NCBI RefSeq assembly: GCF_000143415.4
Contig: NW_003314413.1
Span: forward strand, 205,210 to 269,209
Direction of reading: 5' to 3'
Origin: Selaginella moellendorffii
Lineage: Eukaryota; Plantae; Lycopodiophyta
Length of the DNA stretch: 64,000 nt
Shown here: piece after piece, positions 38,846-48,750 of the stretch
Numbering within the stretch: the stretch's first letter is position 1
Layout: the number at the start of each line of letters is the position of its first letter
Notes under the pieces: generated by a model
Seen by the model: only the letters and a program-made list of their open reading frames with translations
Database searches by the model: none
What the model was told of the DNA's origin: nothing
Program-made: the position numbers and the translations under genes

Positions 38846-40554
38846 CCTCGAGAGATGGGGAAGATGCACCTAATGTTCTATATGAACTTACTCAAGCCAT
38901 ATTTTGAGGATCTGCTTCACAAGGACCAAGTAAGACCTTTACTTGAGGTTATCCAAGGGGAAAAGGAATACGAAATTAAGGCCATCCTTAATGCATGCAA
39001 GAGCAAGCGACAAAGATGCGAAGTGAGAGAGTTCCATGTGAAGTGGAAAGGATTTTTATACTGTGAAGCAACATGGGAACCAAAGGAGAACCTTGCAAAT
39101 GCACAAAATTTAGTAGAGGAATTTTTGCATAGCAAAACTCTATGTACTTACGCAAAGTTCAATTAAAAGTATCAATTTGTGAAGTTGAGCAATGGCATAT
39201 GTTAGGACCCGAAGGCGCGCTGAAAATAAACTAATTAGCATGGGTTAGTTATGTCGACCAAGCATAGGGAACTACACCCAACTCCCCACGGAAATGTCGA
39301 ATCCATAGATGTATTCTACAGAGGTTGGGTTCAAGTCCCAACCCCCTAGTAAAGCAAGGTTGGGTTCAAGTCCTGACCCCATATTAGGGCGTGGTGAGGT
39401 GAGGGGTATAGGGACACCTTTATTTCATTGTCATGGGCTCTTAGCTGGGGAGGTTAACTTAGGCACACCACTAAGTGGGGGGATGCCTCTGGAGACATGG
39501 TCAACAAGTCGTAGAATTAAAAAGAGACGTTTGATGTGGGCATCAAACTTCTTCTATGGGTGGTGGAGTTGTAAAGAACGAATTCCCTAAGGTGTCGTAA
39601 GCTAAAAAATCCCCAAAAGCACGACCGAAATGATAAAGAGTTCATCGGATAGGACCGAGTCCAAGACCGACTTTGAGACCGAGTTCGAGATAGAGTCCGG
39701 GATCAAGTCCGAGGCTGACTCCAAGACTGAGTTCGAGACTGAGTTCGAGATCGAGTTCAAGACAGAGTCCGAGATCCAAAATCAGGTCCAAGACCAAGTC
39801 CGAGGTCAAGTCCGAGATTGGGTCCCGAGATCGAGTCCGAGACTTAGACCAAGTTTGAGTACTAATACAGGTCAAGGGGTGAAAGCCCAAAGTGTGTGTC
39901 TCCTGGGGGGGGGGGCCTATAGGGGGTTCCAAAAGTATAGTAGGGATAGTGAGGTCCAGAAAGTAGTCTTAAAGGAACTCTCCAGTGGTGCTTCCAAACT
40001 GACTTAAGGTTGAGACTAGGACCGAGGGGCCTTGGGTGGGAGTGAGCATGGACTTAGGTGGCGTCGGAGGGGCCACCCAAGGAAGTGCTCAAGAGCAACT
40101 CCCACTTCTAGAAAGGAAATTGATTGCAGTGGGGGGGGGTTGAGGTACCCGTATCGGGCTGTTAGGCCACAGTGTTTTGCTCTGGCGTCCCGAAGCAAGT
40201 GTTGCACCCAAGGCTTAAGATTTAGTGGGTCCCATGATCAAGTCTTGTTGTACCAAGGGATGTTAGGAACTTAGAAGCTTGGTGTGCTTGGCTACTTGTG
40301 CCTGTAGAGAGTGTAGCCGAACCTTAAGTTCAATTTAACCCGGGGAGGGGGATTGGGAGAGATTTGGGAATCCGTGGATGGATGGCTAACACTCCATTGC
40401 TCGTGCAGTGAGTAGCTAAAACCAAGTAGGACCAAGTAAGAACTGGTACAATAGGTGAGAACCTTAGTGAGAGAACTTAGCTAAAAGCCAAGGCAGTGTT
40501 GGACGGATAAACAAGTAAGCTGGTAAATTGGAAAGGAAAATTTTATAGCTTACA
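38846..40554 (+). mobile_element. Chromovirus 3' end: chromodomain, structured 3' UTR, PPT (about 39556-39569) and 3' LTR 39570-40554
   Basis: Chromodomain ORF 38855-39166; atgggtggtggagt|TGTAAAG...GCTTACA. Confidence 0.9.
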
Positions 40555-41631
40555 CACGAGTGGCTACGCTCAAACCATTATACCACTGCAATGCCATCCC
40601 TTGGAGACACGTGGGAAACTCACACAAACATCAAACATCATCCCAAGAATGATATGTGGCAATCACCATGAAGTGATCGAACCAATAGTACACATCATCC
40701 CCAGGATTCCCGCAAAAGAACTCCGATTGAATGCGAGGATTGGTACCAAAAGTAGGAGGAGTTGTAACCATGTGCCGTGAATGCTGCCATCAATTGAGTT
40801 TAGTTGTTCAATTGCAAGCGCATAGCATCAAGCAATTGTACCAATTGCTACTCCAAAGTCAAAAGAGGAGATTGTTGATCTGCCATGAAGATGAACAAAA
40901 AAAAAAAGAGCAAAAGAGAAATGACAAAAGTTAGAAGGAAATGGTAAATTTAGACAATGCAAAAAGCTAAATCTAAACCAAAATTTTGAAAAAAAAGAAC
41001 AAAAGAAAGGAAATGGAAAAACCTAGATCTAGACAATGCAAAAGCTAGGTCTAAACCAAAATCCCAAATCTAAACACTTCTCAGGGACAATCAAAAGTGC
41101 CCCTCACCTCTACCAATATGAGTGTTTGGAATATGGAAAGGGAATATAGAAAATATGCATATCAATTAGCCCGAAAACCCTAATCTATATACAGGAACGA
41201 GTGGTCTGGATTGAAATCAATCTGACAGCTACTAAAATCCCATTATGTTAATATTAGTATACAACATACACTTGGCCCTCACATAATGAATTTTATTTAT
41301 AAAAAAATATTTGTTCTAATGTTTTTCATTACAACATATATAAACCTATTAAAGATTTTGATGGAAAGGTGATAAGTTTAATATTATAACAGTTGAATTA
41401 ATCAACTCAAAATTTTAATGGAAGGTGATTTCTTTTTAATATTATAAGAATTATAACTAAAAAAAGTATATTAACTCAATAAAAATATATTTAATGCTAG
41501 ATTTTATTAATTTTACTATGGATTTACAAAATAAAATTCTTTAAATGGTCTGGATTTAATGTTTTTTATTTTTTATTTTTAAAAGAAAGTTATTGTTCAT
41601 TATATGTTTCAAATATCATACCACCTATTTA

Positions 41632-43053
41632 CTAAGTTACTTGTAATTCCTGAAGGTTTAGCCCGCCAATGAATTTCCTTTCCAAGCTTCCAAGGTAAAG
41701 ATAATCTCCAACTTCCAAGCCTGTCGTTACAAATCCCACCACCTTCCCCGTTGGATCCTCATAGAACGCCAGCGGTCGCCCATCCTCGCTCACTCTCAAT
41801 ACCTTGGCCATCCTCGCATTCCCAAAGAATTTATCGAGAACTTCGGGTTGCGCTATGATGTACTTCAATGCTGGTATTTTCAAGATCATGTCGCTCAGCC
41901 ATGTCCTCCCCTGATCAATCCAGGAATGCTTATGAGCCTCACGAGTTGGATTAATGCTTGGATCGAACTTACCGACACCAATGCTATCCAGAATCCACCA
42001 TGGCCATCGCGCTTGACATTGTCCGGCTGCCCCAGCAAGTTGTCCATGAACACCTCCATGGTTCCCGCTTTCTTACCTTTCAGCCAGTACTTCATGCACC
42101 TCACCTTGGAAAGCCAGGACGCGCGAAATTAAGCTTCAGTGGCCAGCGCATGATCGAGATGACTTACATGGATGTCTCGCTCACCACTAGAAAGTCCTCC
42201 TTGGCAGAGAGCGAGACTCCATTCGCAAAAAACATGTTCTTGCGCAGGACTGTGGTGGTGCGAGTCGCGGGGTCGTACTTCAAGAGCCTGCCGTTTGGGC
42301 GGCACTGGAGGACGTCCAGTTTGGCCTTCTCCAGCGGAAACTTGCTCGTCGCATCAGTGAAGTAGATGGTGCCATCCTTCGCAACGTCTAATCCATTAGC
42401 CACCCTGTGCCGGACATACAGATCCAGCGAGATCACAGCAATGGGAACAAAGCTCTCGAATCAACAAGGATGGAAACAAAGCTCTTGAAATCACCTCATC
42501 GTCCTCTTCACAAGGACGATAAAAGAGATCTGACACTCACATGAATTTGACACCATCGGCTTCGCTCGAGAGAACCTCCACGCGCTTATCCCGAGTGATG
42601 TTGAGCAGCCCCTGCGCGAGAGAAACAGGATGAGCGGTCTCAATCCCAATTCGGATTTGTCAAATCAAACAGAACTCTGCCTGGCACGCAGACGAGCAAA
42701 TTCTTTTGTTGCCCGCGCACGACCCCAAGCGTAGGGCCTCCCACATTCACCCAGTTCTCCACCTCGCCAGTCTTTCGAGACACCCTCTTGATCCACCCGT
42801 CGGAGCAGCCGGTGTAGAGCACGCCATTGTCGTCGTCCAAGGAAATGTCCTCGGGACCGGGAAGCTCTCCCACGCCAATCACCTCCGCCTGTTGGAGCAC
42901 TGTGTTCACCGCGAACAATCCTTCCCTCTTTGGAGTTGGAGGCCAGTCCGAGGGCAGTGGATCAATCCCCGCGCGGCGGACGATTGCCGTCCATATCACC
43001 GATGCGGCTATGCCGATGATCACAGCTAGAATCGCCACAAGAAGGAATCCCAT
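41632..43053 (-). CDS. SSL: Strictosidine synthase-like / APMAP-type six-bladed propeller protein, 5 exons
   Basis: N-terminal TM anchor, PGPEDI, LYTGCSDGWI, DGTIYFTDATSKF, GRLLKYDP, FANGVSLS, KYWLKG, PDNV, YLYLGSL. The exon-4 acceptor is ambiguous. Confidence 0.88.
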
Positions 43054-43276
43054 TGGCACTCGCGACGCGAGAGGATCGAACAAGAGTGGAAGAGACTTCT
43101 ACGAGTGAGTGAACATTCCGTTTGGAGGAGCTGGATATTCTGGTCGACAGCAAACATTCCGTTTGGTATTCTGGCACGTTTTAACCGTTTCCTCCGCTTC
43201 TAGGTGGGCAATAAAGGATTTAAAACATGTAATAATAATAATAATTACAAGCACAAAAGCACGCGTCACCCATATA

Positions 43277-44271
43277 TCATACAGCGTTTTTAATCGTGGT
43301 GCTGTACGGCTCCTTTCTCCCGTCGTGCTTGACGAAATCGTAGTAGTAACTCCACAACATCACGCCGCCGTACTTGCTCGACTCCTTGATCTTCGGAAGA
43401 ACCTGTTGCTTGAGAACTTTCGCGGGCATGTATCCGTCCTTGGTGGAGGGGCTGTCGGTGGCGCCGCTCAAGCTTGCTGGCAGGCCGAAGAAGACCTTCT
43501 TCACTGGAACTTTGGTCGTCCACTTGTGCCAAGCCGCGAACACGTTGTCCAGAGTCTTGTTTGGGTTGTCCTGGCAGTTGTGATTGTTGTAGAACTGGAC
43601 CCAGGCGTAGTCGAACACGCCCGTGTTGAGAGCCGGGCCGAGGAACTCGTCCGGGAACGGGCACTGCGGGGCTGCGGACAAGAGCACCGGCCTGTCTTTG
43701 GTGGAGCGGAGCTTAATCTGCTTGGCAAGCTGAGTGTAGCCGGTTTGAGTCGAGGTCATCTCCATGTCGAAGTCGATCCCGTCCAGCACCGCGTCGCCGA
43801 GAGGCCTGGAGCTGCTGTTTCCTGCTCCTCTTCCCAGAAAGTTGTTCCACAGATAGTCCGATACGGCTATGGCGTCCTTGTCCGAGACAATGCTGTAGTT
43901 GCCTTCGGCCCCACCGAGCGAAAGGAACGCCCTGACACCTTTGCTCTGGCAGAACTTTACGTCCTGTCCGACTGGACCACAGTTGATAGCGCTGCCGTTG
44001 ATGGCACTGCCGCTGACACCCCCGCAGTGATCAGCGAGGTCCAGCTTTGGAGCTCTCCCGTCGCCAAACACGCTGAGGAAGCTGAGCACGACGATGCCGT
44101 AGTTCCCCGTCTCACAGGCTGTTTTGAGACTGCCTTCCTTCTCGTAAGTTCCCAGTATACAACGACTGTGCCATTAGCCCTCTTCTTGCAGTCTACTCCG
44201 GAAACTAAGCTAGATGCGACTAGAGTAAGCACAAGAGAAACCAAATTACTCACAAGTCCCCTGGTCTTCAT
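43277..44271 (-). pseudogene. GH18 class III (hevamine-like) chitinase with a single 1-bp frameshift near 44152 (may be a sequencing error)
   Basis: Signal peptide MKTRGLVSNLVSLVLTL..VVVYW, then in the other frame EGSLKTACETGNYGIV.LSFL, CQSKGVRAFLSLGG, RPLGDAVLDGIDFDME (DxxDxDxE), LSAAPQCPFPD, WVQFYNN, YGGVMLWS. Confidence 0.9.
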
Positions 44272-44490
44272 TCTCCTTCGCTTCCGTGGCCCTCCAGTTC
44301 CCACCTATTAGGACAGATGAGTCCATGACAAAGAGCTTAGCTTACCTTGTGCTCGAGTTTGCCTTAAGTCGTCCAAATTGCTGCAGCTGTGCAACACTGT
44401 CAAGATCGAAACTTATTTGTCGCTCGATGACTGTCTCGAAGAAGTGCTCGAAAAAGCAACACACTTTATTGGTGGCCACGTCGGGCGTGA

Positions 44491-44946
44491 CTAAAGCTGC
44501 CGAAGTTTCAACTTGCCAACGTAGTTCCTGGCCAAGTTTCCCAGATAGAGATAATCGCCGACTTCCAAGGCCGTCGTCACCAAGGCTATCAACTTCCCTG
44601 TCGGATCTTCATAGAATGCCAGCGGCACCCCATCTTGGCCAACTGCTAGAACTTTGGCCATCTTTGAGGACGCGGAGATCTTCTGCAGCACACCCGGAAG
44701 GGCCAAGATGTGCTTCAGTGGTGCTATCTTCATTAAAGTGTCAGTCAGCCTTGTCCTTCCCTGAAGTCAGTGTCCACATGAAGTCTGATTGGATGTTATG
44801 AAATATAAAGCAAACTTACTGCTACCAATCCAATCCAGAATCTATCTTGGCCGTTGTGTCTAATGTTGTCTGGATGTCCAGGCAAGTTATCGATAAAAAC
44901 TTCCATGGTTCCTTCCCTTTCACCTTGCAACCAGTACTTCATGAGG
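44491..44946 (-). pseudogene. SSL: 5'-truncated second SSL paralogue (last two exons only)
   Basis: MKYWLQGEREGTMEVFIDNLPGHPDNI..FWIGL|..FYEDPTGKLIALVTTALEVGDYLYLGNL; cut off by retroelement DNA at about 44947. Confidence 0.88.
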
Positions 44947-47900
44947 ATATTTGTCAAGATACTTGTCAGGATATTTGAGGATACTTGGCAAAGAAGATAT
45001 TTGTTATGGATATAGGTGATATAGATGTGTTCTATGCCTTCATATCAGGCTTGCAAACCTGGGTTCATGGCGAGGTGATGTGTTAGAACTCGACAAATTA
45101 CAAGGAAGCGTTGGATACGAGTATTAAGGTGCATTTCAATGATAACCTGCGAAAGGGGAATACGACGGGGTCAGGGTCCACGTTTAGTAAAGGGGCCAAA
45201 CCAAGGGGAACATATAGCAAAGAGAAATTCAAGAGGAGTTTCTCTAAGAATGAGTCCTTGGGGTTCAAGAAAGGCAAATTCGGTGGCCAGCGAGCAAGTA
45301 TGTGGGGGAGTCAAATAAAAAGAGACAAACCCATGGATAAGAAAGTCAAGTCTGTTAGTAGCGTGGGAAACAACATATGCTACAACTGCGGTGAAGTGGG
45401 ACACTTCTTGAACCCAAAGAAGGCCAGAGCCAATATGGCCATTAAGTCGGATGAAATCCAAACTAAGGTATGTGATCCAGTCTTTAGCTCAAAGTTACAC
45501 GAACAACTTTGGTAGAGAGTCGTTCGCGACATTTACTAGCCCTCCGAGGGAAGCTCAAAGGTAACTTTGTTAAGATCTTTATTAACATGGGCGCTTTGGA
45601 TAATTTTGTGGCTGCAGACATAGTCTGGCAAGCCAGACTAACGGTGCAGTGGCTGGGTGAATCAAGGATGATAGAGTTTGTTCAAGGTAGCCAAAGCACC
45701 GATGAGATACTTTGATAAGCGAGAGTCGAAGTAGGGACATGGAAAGTAAACATGGATTTCACCGTATTGGACATGGCGAGATTTGACGTAATCTTTAGGA
45801 TGGATTAGTTCAATCAGTTCGTAGTAGCCTTGCATGGACAAGGGAGGAACCTTGTGGTATTAGCGAATGCCCAGGGAGAATGATCTAGGGTGGAGGCCCA
45901 GGATCTAAAGGTAGGGCAATGTAAGGCCAAAGACTCCTGCTTAAATCTAGTGTCCACGAAAGGACAACTCACTAAAGGAACCAAAATAGCATTTTTATGC
46001 TTACTCTCGGTGAAAAGTGACAAAAAGATGGATATGGAAGAAGTGATCCAGTGGGTGTTAGACCAATTCCAGAATACCATGCCAAAGGAGCTACCGGCGG
46101 GGTTGCCCCCCGCACGACCGATAGAACATAAGATTGAGCTGGTTGAGGGTGCTAAGGTGGTGGTTCGTCCCCCCTATCGTTTGAACAAAAAGGAATTCAA
46201 GGAGTTCAAGCGCTAACTAGAGGAGTTGGTGGACAAAGGGTATGTTAGGTTGAGCAAGTCGTTGTATAAGGCACCAGTGTTATTTGTGAAAAAGAAAGAT
46301 GGATCTATGCGCATGTGCATAGACTACCGGTTACTCAACAAGTGTCAGGAATCCCCAATTCTTTCCACATTCCTGACTCTCGGCGGATTCTTGACCTACA
46401 GACCACATTCCTGACTCTCAAGACACTTCCCTATTTCTGACTCTCGAGACACTTCCCTATTCCTGACTCTCTAATTTCCCGTTCGATTCCTGAGTCTCGA
46501 GCCACATTCCTGATGATGATGGGGTGCCTCATCGACCTCAGCTATATTTAGGCCGTCCTCGATCCAAGAGTGGTGGAGCTTCATCAACCTATAGTATATA
46601 TAGGTTAGCCTTCTACCATTTCTCCACAATCTGAATCAACGCCAGTTTAAGGCTTTTTTTTCGTTTCCACTAGCTTTTCTTTTTGTCTTCTGCATTTTCC
46701 AATTTTGATCTTGTTAGGGGTCTTGACAGTTTGATTCAGATTGTGTTTTTTTCAGTTTTTGCTTTAGCTTGTTTTGATTGTTTGATTGCCTTTGTCTTTT
46801 TTCCCCCTTTTTCTTTCTTCTTTGCCGATGGAGTCTCCAAGCCATCCTAATTTCTTTGCCGAAGTCCTTGCAAAAATCCAGTCTGAGAATACCGAGTTGA
46901 AGGCGACCCTTCTTCGCATGCAGCAGGAGCTTGCTTCACTTTCGGCTCAAGGATCCAGCAAAGTTCCTGAACCGAAGGTGAGTTTCCCGGCAAAATTTTT
47001 AGGTGAGTGTTTGGAGCTTTGCGGATTCCTAAACCAGATGGAGCTGATCTTCGCACTTCAACATCGGCGGTACCCCACTCCCGAGTCTCAAATCGACACA
47101 ATTGGGACGTTGCTCGAAGGTGTAGCTTTGTCATAGTTTTCTCCTCTTTTGGAAAAGAGCATGAAAGGGGTCGTGGTTCCGGAGCTAATGGATCTTCATG
47201 TAAGCGACTAAATTTTCCATTCTACTTTAGTCACTTAACCACACCTCTGACCACTTGGAGGAGTCTCATTCACAACCTCCATAAGTCCAATCCAAGACTT
47301 GGGACTTGCTAGCCTTGAGAATGGCATCCATGCCACTCAACATTTGCACTTGGTCCAAGTGCTCCACGTGACCGATCCCATGACCGACACTCAAAGGTAC
47401 CACCGACATAGCAGCCCGTTACGCTAAGGCCATGCCCAATCACCTTTGCCACACTGGTAGTCCAATACCACTTGCATCACCGTCTTGGTTCTCCAAGACT
47501 AGGCAAACCATCCGTGAGTGGTCATCTCAGATCCACTCCATAGTATCCTTAGGATGCCCACCGACAAGGGGAATAGCCTTCCCCAATATCCCTCTATAAG
47601 TCCCCACTAAGTCCCTTTCTGCCCCTAGCCGTGTTTGCCAACACTGCCACTTGATCGAGACCCACAGGCCCGACCACTAAGTCCCACGGTCCTCTGGGAC
47701 TTCCTCACCACACGACTGTGTCCTTGGTCACTACCCCAGAGGACTGCTCCTCTTCCTTTCCACAGTCTGGGCCTTTTGGGCAACATTTCGGAACACCGTG
47801 GCCTTACGCGAGCCACCTGGGTACTCTCCTCGCCTTCTGCCCTTAGGTGCTCTAGCCATGGGCTTAGAGCGGGTTCCGTTGAGCCACACCAGGTATCCAA

Positions 47901-48199
47901 GTAGGTAGTGCCACCCACACTTGGACTGGGAGCATCGGCCAGTCGATCTCCCAGGGGAACTAGAGCCGGCTCTTGAACACTTCACCAAGCTACCCCGCTT
48001 GTCGGTCCGTGTTCACTCTAGTCTTGGACTTCCCAGTGGGCAGCTCATCACCCAACACTGGGTCCGGCCTTCCTGGGCCAAACTGGCCTTTCCTGGCCAA
48101 ACTGGCTCCACTGCAGTCCTCCCCCCTACTATACTTTTGGAGCTCACCAAACCCCCTAGGGTCTGGGAGACGAACGCTTTGGGCTTTCACCCTCTCAGG

Positions 48200-48301
48200 C
48201 TCCGGACTCGGACTCGGACTCGGACTTGGACTCGGACTCGGACTCGGACTCGGGCTCGGGCTCGGTCTCGGCCTCAGCCTCGGTCTCGGTCTCGGTCCCG
48301 A

Positions 48302-48333
<32 letters not shown>

Positions 48334-48750
48334 CCGGTCTCGGTCTCGACTTCGGACTCCATCTCGGACTCCATCTCGGACTCCATCTCGGACTCCATCT
48401 CGGACTCCATCTCGGGTCCATCTCGGGTCCATCTCGGGTCCATCTCGGACTCCATCTTGGACTCCATCTCGGGTCCATCTCGGACTCCATTTCGGGTCCA
48501 TCTCGGGTCCACCTCGGACTCCATCTCGGACTCCATCTCGGGTCCATCTCGGACTCCATCTCGGACTCCATTTCGGGTCCATCTCGGGTCCACCTCGGAC
48601 TCCACTTCGGACTCCTTCTCGGACTCCATCTCGGGTCCATCTCGGACTCCACTTCGGACTCCAACTCGGGTCCATCTCGGACTCCACTTCGGACTCCAAC
48701 TCGGGTCCATCTCGGACTCCACTTCGGACTCCAACTTGAGTCCATCTCGG
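48200..48750. repeat. Compound 6/12-mer satellite in the LTR: (GGACTC)n, (GGTCTC)n, (CTCGGACTCCAT)n
   Basis: Read directly; explains the low-complexity ORFs in several frames on both strands. Confidence 0.95.

Larger units (their letters stand above)
34554..41283 (-). mobile_element. Second short-LTR family element (LTRs 34554-34729 and 41117-41283) hosting nested chromovirus DNA
   Basis: Outer ends TGTGAG...CTCACA; PPT complement tcatcccctcctct at 34730; PBS complement gcccctcacctctacca at about 41099-41115; internal ends match 23080-23440 and 25190-25320; taat on both flanks. Confidence 0.85.

Noticed and set aside
39300-39380. Bona fide tRNA genes at the GGTTCRAGTCCC motifs
   Set aside because: No acceptor stem or D-arm/A-box at canonical spacing; reported as tRNA-like structure instead.
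48175-48205. Hammerhead ribozyme (retrozyme) suggested by CTGAGA-GGGTGAAAGCCC-AAAG on the minus strand
   Set aside because: Lacks the CUGANGA and GAAA core spacing, and the CTGA part is not conserved in the other LTR copies.
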